This document shows, piece by piece, positions 20,196 through 29,379 of a stretch of DNA of 64,000 nt. The stretch spans positions 3,808,001 through 3,872,000 of the forward strand of contig CAVUDP010000002.1 of the NCBI GenBank assembly GCA_963740315.1, given 5' to 3'. Each line of letters starts with the position of its first letter. Within the stretch, counting starts at the first letter, position 1. The notes below the pieces were generated by a model. The model saw nothing but the letters and a program-made list of their open reading frames with translations, was not told the DNA's origin and did no database searches. The position numbers were made by a program, and so were the translations under genes. The stretch is from an uncultured cyanobacterium (GTDB lineage Bacteria; Cyanobacteriota; Cyanobacteriia; Cyanobacteriales; Nostocaceae).

Positions 20196-21749
20196 CTAAT
20201 CATCCTCTAACCGTAATAATTGTTCGTCAATAGTTTGCAAATGCGATCGCACAATTGTTTCTGAGAGGGTTCGTTTCTGCATCGCCTCGTTGAGTGCGAT
20301 TTTCTCTGCTAACAGTAGGCGACGACAAATGGCATCAAGTTTAGTCAAATCATTACTTTGGCGATCGCTCCAATCCCAACGGCTATTATAGATGTTACGC
20401 AATGCCTTTTCTGCCCCTGCTACTCGTACTTGATAAGCCGAGCGCATTTCTTCATAGACAGCCTTGGGCAACACTCCTGACTTGAGGAGACTGTCTAATT
20501 CATTCTGGGCTGCTTTTGCTGTCATCAACTGGGCAAGCCATTCTTGAATCTGCTGACGGGATGCGGAAAGGTTAGATAATTTCAGCCGTTTAACTAGCCA
20601 AGGTAAACTTAGTCCCTGTCCTACTAAGGAAAAAAATACCGCACCAAAAACCAAAGTAATAATTTGTTCTCGTCCTGGTAAAGCCAGAGGAAGGCTGAGA
20701 GCTAATGCCATTGAAAGCGAACCTTTAATGTTACCGAAAAACAGAACGTGCTGCCAGCGTAAGGGAATTGGGCGATCGAACCAGCGTAACCATAGCAACA
20801 GCAGATAAACTGAAAGAACTCGTCCCAGTTGATAAGCTAGAACAACAAACAGAATCGCTGGCAAAATGTTCCAAAGCTCCAGGGGCATAATTTCTATGCC
20901 AATTAGCAGGAAAATGAAGGTATTGACACCAAAGCTAGCGTATTCCCAGAAACTCAACAGCACGATCCGCTCAGAAGCCGAAGTAGTGTGAGAAAGCCCC
21001 AGATTTCCGAAAATTAATCCAGCCATGACTACAGCTACAGCCCCCGATACGCCGAGAAATTGCCCTACCTGAAAGATTCCTAATGACATTGCGACCGTTA
21101 GTAACAGACTACTAAGAGGATCGTCTAAACGATTAAATATAGGTATGCTCAAGTAGCCTAAGACTAACCCGACGACACTGCCCCCCAGAGCAACAAATAA
21201 CAGTTCCCGTACTCCCTCAAAAAACGTGAGCGAACCTGTTTGATATACCGTCAAAACTAGGTTAAACAAAACTAAGGCAGCAGCATCGTTAAACAAAGTT
21301 TCTCCTTCTACAATGGTGGAGAGCTTTGAGGGGACAGATATCTGCTTAAAAACCGCTATTATCGATACCGTATCGGTATTTGCCAGACACGTTCCGATAA
21401 ATAGCGAGGAAATCCAGTTCATTCCCAATCCATATTTCAGCAAAACAGCGATAACAGCGAAGGAAAACACCGTTCCAGGTACAGCTAGAAGTGCAATTGG
21501 TTTAAACGTGCTTCGCAAGCGGCTAATATCTGTATTAATAGCAGCTTCAAAAATTAGAATTGGCAGAAAAAGATTCAAAACCAATGAAGGTTCTAAACCA
21601 ATACGATGGGATAATATTTTAGTAATCGGTAAACCTGCTAAAACTAACCCCGTAACATAAGGAATTCCCAACCGTCGTGACAACAGACCTACGCCAGTGG
21701 CAATCAGCAAGAGAATGACGAGAATTTGGACTAAAAAAGAAACATTCAT
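20196..21749 (-). CDS. Na+/H+ antiporter, CPA1 family
   Basis: FLPILIFEAA, TDTVS, VEGETLFND; many TM segments. Confidence 0.9.
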   Translation of the reverse strand: MNVSFLVQILVILLLIATGVGLLSRRLGIPYVTGLVLAGLPITKILSHRIGLEPSLVLNLFLPILIFEAAINTDISRLRSTFKPIALLAVPGTVFSFAVIAVLLKYGLGMNWISSLFIGTCLANTDTVSIIAVFKQISVPSKLSTIVEGETLFNDAAALVLFNLVLTVYQTGSLTFFEGVRELLFVALGGSVVGLVLGYLSIPIFNRLDDPLSSLLLTVAMSLGIFQVGQFLGVSGAVAVVMAGLIFGNLGLSHTTSASERIVLLSFWEYASFGVNTFIFLLIGIEIMPLELWNILPAILFVVLAYQLGRVLSVYLLLLWLRWFDRPIPLRWQHVLFFGNIKGSLSMALALSLPLALPGREQIITLVFGAVFFSLVGQGLSLPWLVKRLKLSNLSASRQQIQEWLAQLMTAKAAQNELDSLLKSGVLPKAVYEEMRSAYQVRVAGAEKALRNIYNSRWDWSDRQSNDLTKLDAICRRLLLAEKIALNEAMQKRTLSETIVRSHLQTIDEQLLRLEDD

Positions 21750-21855
21750 TTAAAGCATTGGTGATTTAGTGTTTTACTATGATGTTGCCTACCATTCCCG
21801 CTCCTCTATGAGGTTCACAATAGTAAAGCTAAAGGTTAAAAACTATTTGGGACTT

Positions 21856-22248
21856 TTAATCTAAGACTTTGTGGTGTTGGTTTTTATTGCAGTAGTCAAC
21901 ACAATTAGTCGCGTGTTTAGTAAAAACCCAAGAAGGATGCACTGCACATTTAAGGTATGGGTTTTTATCATAGAACTGACAGTTTCTACAAGGAGGTGGG
22001 AAAGCAGGGGAGACAAATATATCTTTGATTTTTATTCCTAGTTGAATAAGTTCATACAAGAACGAGCTAGTTATGCTAAGAATAAAGATCCAGGTAATAA
22101 AGATATTAATAGAGCTGTCAGGTTGATTTACTGAAGGAAGAACAACTTTTGATTCTGTATCGATCGCTATTTTCGTACTCAAGTTCTCTGGATGGAAAGT
22201 TTGAATATCAAAACTATGGTTGTTAAGAGCAATATTCTCAAAGTCCAT
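21856..22248 (-). CDS. Small membrane protein with Cys-rich C-terminus (DUF6464-like), copy 1
   Basis: One TM + PCRNCQFY..NPYLKCAVHP..C..YC; ATG 22248 after GAGG. Confidence 0.7.
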   Translation of the reverse strand: MDFENIALNNHSFDIQTFHPENLSTKIAIDTESKVVLPSVNQPDSSINIFITWIFILSITSSFLYELIQLGIKIKDIFVSPAFPPPCRNCQFYDKNPYLKCAVHPSWVFTKHATNCVDYCNKNQHHKVLD

Positions 22249-22327
22249 TTTAAGTACCTCATAATTTAGGTATAGATCCGACATCAGATTAATGATGGTT
22301 GTTCCTTTGTGGGGTTAAAATTTAGAC

Positions 22328-22419
22328 CACGCTGTATCGCTTCTTGCCAATCGCTTATCTTTGCCCAGAAAGAGGGGATAAAACGGCTGATACAGAGCAA
22401 ATAAAAGATTTCTGCTGCC
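22328..22419 (-). pseudogene. Fragment of the neighbouring P-type ATPase
   Basis: AAEIFYLLCISRFIPSFWAKI matches ~24210-24300. Confidence 0.75.
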
Positions 22420-22599
22420 TTGACTCCAGGGAAGTTGAGGTGCTGATTCAGGCAAATCAAGAACCTGGAGAATATCTTGATTTCTAAAGTTTGTGGGACA
22501 AATTTCAATTGACCAGTATGGGTTTTACGGTATAAGTTTCGGCAGCAACGGGTGGTGTTCAGAAAATTAAAGCGATCGCTAATAAAAAATAGCCTGAGC

Positions 22600-23040
22600 T
22601 TACTCTGATGTTTGATTTCCAGTTATCTCACTAGGCTGAATGCGATAAATTGCGACTACGTTCTCACGCCCTAAAGCGTCGATCCAGGTTCTACTAATCG
22701 CAGGTGAAAGCGTTGTTGGGTTGCGCTCTTTGACCAATTGCATAATGCGATCGATCTCTGACTGTTGGGTGAGACGCTCCACTCGACCCGTGACTATAAC
22801 ACTGCGCCAGTGCAGAATATCTCGAACGTCTTCGACCTGTAAGCACACGTGCGGATTAGCATCCATATACTGAGTCTTTTGACCTTCAGTTGTAAAAATG
22901 TAAATGGTTGAGTCTTCTAAATAATATTGAATTGGTACAACATATGGTCGTCCTTCTAAAGCACAGCCCAAGTGACCATATCCAACTTGCTGTAAGAGAC
23001 TTTGGATCTCTTTTGAACCCATTATGTCAATGTCTAGCAT
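22600..23040 (-). CDS. Pyridoxamine 5'-phosphate oxidase-like FMN-binding protein
   Basis: GHLG..PYVVPI.Y..GQK..NPHVCLQV..WRSVIVTG. Confidence 0.82.
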   Translation of the reverse strand: MLDIDIMGSKEIQSLLQQVGYGHLGCALEGRPYVVPIQYYLEDSTIYIFTTEGQKTQYMDANPHVCLQVEDVRDILHWRSVIVTGRVERLTQQSEIDRIMQLVKERNPTTLSPAISRTWIDALGRENVVAIYRIQPSEITGNQTSE

Positions 23041-23176
23041 TCTTATTTCCTTATTACAGTTGTTTGTCTTGCGATATTTTGTTGGCAATTTGCTGTTGTC
23101 ACCATAAATCTTCGTTCCTCGTTAAATTTTTACCTCTTCGCACCTATAAGGCGAGTATGTGTTTGAGGTTGATTCT

Positions 23177-23208
23177 GTTGTAAACAATTAATTTGAGGAA
23201 CTTATGAG
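23177..23208 (-). promoter_or_regulatory. CTCA box + -10 TACAAC
   Basis: Minus strand CTCATAAGTTCCTCA AATTAATTGTT TACAAC. Confidence 0.82.
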
Positions 23209-23440
23209 GATGAATTTGTGGAGCGACAATAAAGTCAACAGACCAATATCTAAAATTTGACTTGCTACGTTAAATTAAGATCGGCTATTATTTCAATCTT
23301 CTATGAAAGATCGTTTGAGGGTTAAAGAGTTACCAAGTGCGCTGGCAACACTGAGAGAGCAACAATTATCAAAAAAATCAATTCAATCATCAACATTATT
23401 ATCTAGTTGCCAGCTAAAGGCTAAAAACTATTTCAAACCT

Positions 23441-23842
23441 TTAATCTAAGACTTTGTGGTGTTGGTTTTTATTGCAGTAGTCAACACAATTAGTAGCGTG
23501 TTCAGTAAAAACCCAAGAAGGATGCACTGCACATTTAAGGTATGGGTTTATATCATAGAACTGACAGTTTCTACAAGGAGGTGGGAAAAAAGGTGAGACA
23601 GATTTATCCTTGATTTTTATTCCTAGTTGAATAAGTTTATACAAAATCCAGCTAGTTATGCTAAGAGTAACGATGCAGATAAAAAAGGCATCAATTTTAT
23701 CGATAGTTCTGTCAGGTTGATTTACTGAAGCAAGAACAACTTTTGATTCTGTATCGATCGCTATTTTCGTACTCAAGTTCTCTGGATGGAAAGTTTGAAT
23801 ATCAAAACTATGGTTGTTAAGAGCAATATTCTCAAAGTCCAT
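23441..23842 (-). CDS. Small membrane protein with Cys-rich C-terminus (DUF6464-like), copy 2
   Basis: Near-identical to 21856-22248 outside the TM segment. Confidence 0.7.
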   Translation of the reverse strand: MDFENIALNNHSFDIQTFHPENLSTKIAIDTESKVVLASVNQPDRTIDKIDAFFICIVTLSITSWILYKLIQLGIKIKDKSVSPFFPPPCRNCQFYDINPYLKCAVHPSWVFTEHATNCVDYCNKNQHHKVLD

Positions 23843-23976
23843 TTTAAGTACCTCATAATTTAGGTATAGTTCTTTTCCCTGTTGGAAAGACAATTGATTG
23901 TGATTCGTACAAGTAATCTATTATTATCAGTGTGATGGTTTGCCAGGTTACTTTATCAATAACCAAACAGATAAAT

Positions 23977-26781
23977 TTAGCTCAGGGGCTTAAAGCGTTT
24001 CAAAAGCGAGGCAAAAATCACCACGGGGAAGCCTGCACCCAGACACATCAGCCATTGGGTTAAACTGAGGGGAACAGTTTCAAATAAAGCGTTCATCACG
24101 GATAACTGGCTGAAGAGTATTTGTAAAACGACAATGCAAATAATCCCGATTCCAGGGGCATAAGCAACAGCTTCTTGATGCAGTCGCTCATGGGGGAAAC
24201 CCCCTGGAACGCGCTGTATCGCCTTATGACGATAGCGTATCTTTGCCCAGAGAGAAGGAATAAAACGGCTGATACAGAGCAAATAAAAGATTTCTGCTGC
24301 TACTAGGGTTTGCACTGCCATAGTACGCGCGAGGGCTTCTTCTCCCGTACTTACTACTATCCATTCAAATATGCCAAAGGTAGCTGCCCAATTAAACAAG
24401 GAAATTACTACAATCCGCCAGAGTATACTAGCCGTAAGCAGGGGTTCATTAGGCGCACGAGGTGGCGATCGCATCAAGTTTTTTGGCTGCGGTTCAAAGG
24501 CTAAGGGAATCGATAAAGAAGATGAACTGACCATATTTACCCAAAGGATTTGCAGGGGCAAAATTGGCAGTACGGTTTCTAAAAGCACCCCCGCTAAAAT
24601 CGTTAGTGCCTCTCCGCCATTGACTGGGAGAACAAAAGCGATCGCCTTTCGCAGATTAAAATAAACCGTTCGCCCTTCTTCCACCGCAGCTTCAATCGAA
24701 GCAAAATTGTCGTCAGTGAGGATAATATCAGCAGCTTCCTTAGCTACTTCCGTCCCACTTTTACCCATCGCAATGCCAATATCGGCTTGTTTTAAAGCTG
24801 GAGCATCATTCACTCCATCTCCCGTCATCGCGACAATTTCGCCTTTGGCTTGCAGTGCCTCAATCAAGCGCAGTTTTTGCTGAGGTGCTACACGCGCAAA
24901 TACCACAGTGTCTTCTACAACATTGTTCAATTCTCGATCGCTCATCTGCTCTAAGCTTTTGCCTGAGAGTGCTTGTATTTCTCCTTGGCTCAAGTTAAGC
25001 ATACGGGCGATCGCGCTGGCAGTTACGCCATGATCGCCAGTGATCATCTTGACCCCAATTCCCGCCGTCTGACAGGCTTCTACAGCCCGAATAGCTTCTT
25101 GACGAGGTGGATCTATCATCCCTTGTAAGCCTAAAAAAGTTAAACCGCGATTAATATGTTCTCGCTCCAAATGGTTAAGTTGAAAGTCAACGGATTTTTT
25201 AGCTAAGGCTAACACCCGCAATCCTTGTTCAGCCATTTGTTCGGCTATAGATTCAATCGCTTGCGCCTCAACTGCGGTTCTTCCGTTATCATCGCTTGGA
25301 TGGCAACGAGAGAGAATGGCTTCGATAGAGCCTTTGACGTAAATAATTTTGTCTCCCCTTTGGTTTTGATGAAGAGTTGCCATATACTGATGTTCGGAGG
25401 CAAAGGGAATCACATCTATTCGCGGCAGTCTCTCTTCTAAAGTAGCGCGGTGCATTCGGGCTTTGTGAGCCACGACAATCATTGCCCCCTCAGTCGGATC
25501 TCCCTCAACTATCAATTGCCCTTTTTGTTCTTTAAGATGAGAATCATTACACAGCAGTCCGCACTGCAAACACTCCCGCAGCCCTCGTTCTGCTTCAATC
25601 GCAATCGACTGGTTATCCTGTAAGATTTCACCCTCAACGCTATAGCCAGTTCCCGTAACTCGATAGTGCTGTCCTCCTGCATAAATCTCTTCAACGGTCA
25701 TTTGATTTTCAGTGAGCGTCCCTGTTTTATCAGAGCAAATGACTGTAGCACTACCCAAGGTTTCTACGGCTGGTAGTTTACGAATAATGGCATGACGACT
25801 AGCCATGCGAGAAACCCCAATGGCAAGAATAATTGTTACCAACGGGGGGAGTTGTTCGGGGATTCCACTAACCGCCAAAGCAACCGCAGTCTGAAACATC
25901 TGTAGCCAGGATTCTCCCTGTCCCAATCCCACGATGATAATTAGTGTGGCTAATCCGAGGAAAACATACAGCAGTTGCCAGCTAAACTTTTCTAATTTCC
26001 GCACTATGGGAGAGGTTAGGTTAGTTTGTCGCTCCATAAGGGCAGAGATTTTACCCGTTTCAGTGGCTTCGGCAATCGCTACCACAATTCCCCGTCCTTG
26101 CCCTGCGGTGACAATCGTACCTGCATAAGCCATATTAAGGCGATCGGCTAGGGAGGTTGCTTCTTCTAGGGGTTTACTGTTTTTATCTACTGGGAGAGAT
26201 TCTCCCGTAAGGGCAGACTCATTGATTTGCAGGTTTTTACACTGGAGCAACCGCAAATCTGCTGGGACTTTATCTCCAGCTTCTAAGCAAACAATATCTC
26301 CAGGTACGAGTTGACTTGCAGCTAAACATGAAGAGACGCGATCGCGAACCACCCTGGTTTGAGTTACCATCGACTTAGCTAAGGCTTCCATTGCTTTCTC
26401 GGCTTTAGCTTCTTGGATGTAACCGACGATCGCATTAATTAAAACAACGCCAAAGATTACCCCAGCATCCACCCACTCTTGTAAGAATAGGGTGACTAGT
26501 CCTGCCCCAATTAAAATGTACAACAGCGGTTGATTAAACTGTTGTAAAAATCGCATCCAAGCACTGGTCTTCTTTTGGGGAGTTAATTGATTCGCGCCAA
26601 AACGTTCTTGACGCTGGGCTACTTCTTGTTGGGTTAGTCCTGCTGTTGAATTACTGTTTAAGGAGGCAACAACCTCTGTCACCGACAGGCGTTCCCACTT
26701 CCGATCTAATAAAAAGTTTTGGGTGAAAATTTCTGAGCGAGATTCCGACAATTTTTTGCTTTGGGAGTATTTCTGTTTCAT
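23977..26781 (-). CDS. Cation-transporting P-type ATPase (type II, PacL-like)
   Basis: TGES, DKTGTLT, KGS, MITGD, TGDGVNDAPAL. Confidence 0.93.
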   Translation of the reverse strand: MKQKYSQSKKLSESRSEIFTQNFLLDRKWERLSVTEVVASLNSNSTAGLTQQEVAQRQERFGANQLTPQKKTSAWMRFLQQFNQPLLYILIGAGLVTLFLQEWVDAGVIFGVVLINAIVGYIQEAKAEKAMEALAKSMVTQTRVVRDRVSSCLAASQLVPGDIVCLEAGDKVPADLRLLQCKNLQINESALTGESLPVDKNSKPLEEATSLADRLNMAYAGTIVTAGQGRGIVVAIAEATETGKISALMERQTNLTSPIVRKLEKFSWQLLYVFLGLATLIIIVGLGQGESWLQMFQTAVALAVSGIPEQLPPLVTIILAIGVSRMASRHAIIRKLPAVETLGSATVICSDKTGTLTENQMTVEEIYAGGQHYRVTGTGYSVEGEILQDNQSIAIEAERGLRECLQCGLLCNDSHLKEQKGQLIVEGDPTEGAMIVVAHKARMHRATLEERLPRIDVIPFASEHQYMATLHQNQRGDKIIYVKGSIEAILSRCHPSDDNGRTAVEAQAIESIAEQMAEQGLRVLALAKKSVDFQLNHLEREHINRGLTFLGLQGMIDPPRQEAIRAVEACQTAGIGVKMITGDHGVTASAIARMLNLSQGEIQALSGKSLEQMSDRELNNVVEDTVVFARVAPQQKLRLIEALQAKGEIVAMTGDGVNDAPALKQADIGIAMGKSGTEVAKEAADIILTDDNFASIEAAVEEGRTVYFNLRKAIAFVLPVNGGEALTILAGVLLETVLPILPLQILWVNMVSSSSLSIPLAFEPQPKNLMRSPPRAPNEPLLTASILWRIVVISLFNWAATFGIFEWIVVSTGEEALARTMAVQTLVAAEIFYLLCISRFIPSLWAKIRYRHKAIQRVPGGFPHERLHQEAVAYAPGIGIICIVVLQILFSQLSVMNALFETVPLSLTQWLMCLGAGFPVVIFASLLKRFKPLS

Positions 26782-26794
26782 TTGAGATTGATGC

Positions 26795-27118
26795 CTATCG
26801 CATTGAATAATTTAGTTTTGCCCAGATAGGTGTCTTATAAGAACCAATTGTTAAAACATCAAATTGACTACCCTGACTAGCAACGTCGGTGGTAGTGCGT
26901 TGACGTAAAATATTTTCTTCTAGCACTACCCAGCGCAGTTCGATATCGGGATTGTCAGCTTCTAAGTTGCGAGATAAATCCTGCATGACCACCATGTCAC
27001 CGTTATTGACAGTGGCAATGGTCAATCGCGTTTTGCCTTTTGCCTGCGATTCACTTCCACAGGCTTGCAATAACGGTATCAGGAGGACGCTAAAGAGGAA
27101 CTTCGTTATTTTGTTCAT
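26795..27118 (-). pseudogene. Truncated duplicate of smoE (first ~101 codons)
   Basis: Near-identical to the N-terminus of 17007-18371, then diverges and stops. Confidence 0.88.
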
Positions 27119-27415
27119 ATTAATTTGTCCTTTAATAAGGCTTATTACCTCCTTGATATTTAAAATTAAGATAAGAATATGAGTAAGTTGTGAGGAAGCG
27201 AAACATATTTACCGTTTTACTTCTTTTATTTTGAATAGATTTAAAAATTGCGAGCATTTGCTCAAATCTCAATCAAATGTTCAGCAAATAAAATCATACT
27301 TTTTTCTCAATAATTATGATAAAAACGTTAGCATTTGAAACAATTACCAATTTAGAGGTGGACATATCGAGCGCGATTGGGCAAAGCCTAGCGCAACTTA
27401 CTCCTTTAGGGGTAA
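26815..27415. repeat. ~0.6 kb direct repeat, copy 2
   Basis: Near-identical to 18068-18660. Confidence 0.92.
27163..27194 (-). promoter_or_regulatory. CTCA box + -10 TAATTT (duplicated copy)
   Basis: Same as 18422-18453. Confidence 0.78.
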
Positions 27416-27419
27416 AACT

Positions 27420-27536
27420 ATCCTAATTAGATGTTGGGGTCGTTTAGGCAAGGTAGCTAACGGTGTTGCTTTTCTGATGAGCTATGAAGCGAGCTACATC
27501 ACAGGATTTAATCTAGAGGTTACGGAAGGACAGTAA
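27420..27536 (+). pseudogene. C-terminal relic of a short-chain dehydrogenase (SDR)
   Basis: Reads ...GKVANGVAFLMSYEASYITGFNLEVTEGQ*. Confidence 0.65.
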
Positions 27537-27647
27537 CTCCAAGCACTTTTTGAATAGTTGTCAAGTTGAGCATAACGCATTTGTTTGAGCATATATTCAG
27601 ATATATGCGATATAACATACAATATATAGATATTGAATAACAAAAAT

Positions 27648-28604
27648 ATGACAAATACTTCTTCCCGGCAGCGCAGTCATAAGCTCGATCTGGCAGCCCG
27701 CGCTGCTTGGCTCTACTACATCGCCGACAATACACAAGAAGAAATTGCTACAAAACTGAATGTATCACGGCAAGCAGTTCAACGATTAGTAGCTTTGGCA
27801 GTCAGTGAAAAGCTGATCAGATTTCGACTAGACCACCCCCTTAGCAATTGTATTGCTTTAACTGAAGCACTGCGCGATAAATTTGAACTGTCTACTTGTG
27901 AAGTAGTGCCAGCTAGTACAGACGGTTCGCGTAACGGTCTGGGTATTTGCGCCGCAACTCACCTAGAGACATATCTAATAGCAAAAGCACCTACTATTAT
28001 GGCATTTTCTTCCGGTCGAACATTGCGAGCGATGGTCGAGCAAATTCCTTCCATGAATCAGCCTCAACATAAGATTGTCTCTATTGTTGGCAACATGGCT
28101 CACTATGGTCGGGCAGGTCATCATGAAGTAGTTATGCACCTGAGCGAGCGTACTGGTGCTGAAGTCTATCCTGTACCGACTCCAGTAGTAGCCACCAGTG
28201 TCAAAGAACGCAAACTACTGCAAACGCAGCAATCATTTATCACCGTCGAATCTTTAGTCAATCAGGCAAAAGTCACCTTTGTCGGCATTGGTAATATTGG
28301 CTGGAATGCTCCACTACATGAAAGTGGATTTATTAACGATCGAGAAATTACCGAACTGATAGAATTAGGTGCTGTCGGAGAAATTGCGGGATGGGCTTAC
28401 AACCAACAGGGTATATTATTAAAAAAGGGTACTAATACGCGAGTCGCGGGTGTACCTCTCAAACAGCCAGTTCATCGACTGACGATTGGAGTTGCAGGAG
28501 GTTTGCACAAAAAAGAAGCTTTGGAAGCCGCTCTACAAGGCAGGTTGATTAATGGATTAATTACAGATGAAGCAGTGGCTAAATCAATTCTTCAGATGGC
28601 ATAA
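27648..28604 (+). CDS. SorC/DeoR-family sugar-binding transcriptional regulator
   Basis: AARAAWLYY...TQEEIA..LNVSRQAVQRL HTH; SSGRTL; GAVGEI; LITDE. Confidence 0.9.
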   Translation: MTNTSSRQRSHKLDLAARAAWLYYIADNTQEEIATKLNVSRQAVQRLVALAVSEKLIRFRLDHPLSNCIALTEALRDKFELSTCEVVPASTDGSRNGLGICAATHLETYLIAKAPTIMAFSSGRTLRAMVEQIPSMNQPQHKIVSIVGNMAHYGRAGHHEVVMHLSERTGAEVYPVPTPVVATSVKERKLLQTQQSFITVESLVNQAKVTFVGIGNIGWNAPLHESGFINDREITELIELGAVGEIAGWAYNQQGILLKKGTNTRVAGVPLKQPVHRLTIGVAGGLHKKEALEAALQGRLINGLITDEAVAKSILQMA

Positions 28605-29007
28605 GCACCTATTTGGCGTGAAGCGGGCGTATCGCAGGTTCTTTGATGAGTTGAGGAACATCAGGAGAGCGAAATTCAAAGATTAGAAGAAAAATGTGAG
28701 ATTTTTGTGAGTAAATATATTTGTAAGTAAAAAATATTTATAGTATTATCAGTAGCTTTTTAAAGTATCTTATTTACAAGCAGTTAGCTGCTAAGTATTA
28801 TAAAACGTTAAAGTTTTTGGTTCTTCAGTACCTAGTATGCCAAATTTTTAGTTAAAAACTCAAATCTTGTTTTTTAACATGGGTTTAAAACTCAAATTTG
28901 TAAAAAGTTAAAAAGTTTTAATATCTGTCCCATTAATTTTAATGATCCGCATAGTAAGATGAACGGTATTATTATTTGAGTTCTATTTATAGGAATTAAA
29001 GCTATTA

Positions 29008-29187
29008 AGTAGGTAGTTGCAATTATTTGTAATACGCATTTCGACTACGCTCAATGTTTAATAAGTCTTACCGGATTTCTTCGACGCAAAGCCCCTAAAT
29101 TCTATTTATGGGGATGTTCGCTTACTATGAGGGGGTTGAGCGAAGTCGAAACCCGACAATTTAATGATTTAATTATGCCTTGCTACT
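29008..29187. mobile_element. MITE-like element flanked by TA, with nested hairpin repeats
   Basis: TA|AGTAGGTAGTTGCAATTA...TAATTATGCCTTGCTACT|TA; internal IR TTCGACTACGCTCAA/TTGAGCGAAGTCGAA and CCCCTAAAT..ATTTATGGGG. Confidence 0.65.
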
Positions 29188-29379
29188 TAGATGGGGACTT
29201 GCAGTCCCCGAGGGGCTTAAATTCCAGCTTTATCAACGTTTTGTGCTTCTATAAGAGTTTCACTCAATATCAAGTAAAGAAAATTAAAGATATAGCCGGT
29301 TACACAAATCTTAAAATTGTTCTATTGTAAAGATTGAGCATAAAAATGCTTTCTTAAAATTACCACCCGCACTCGCACT

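Noticed and set aside
22284..22508. 74 aa ORF
   Set aside because: Chimera of an ATPase fragment and unrelated DNA
29127..29330. 67 aa ORF
   Set aside because: Runs through repeat elements
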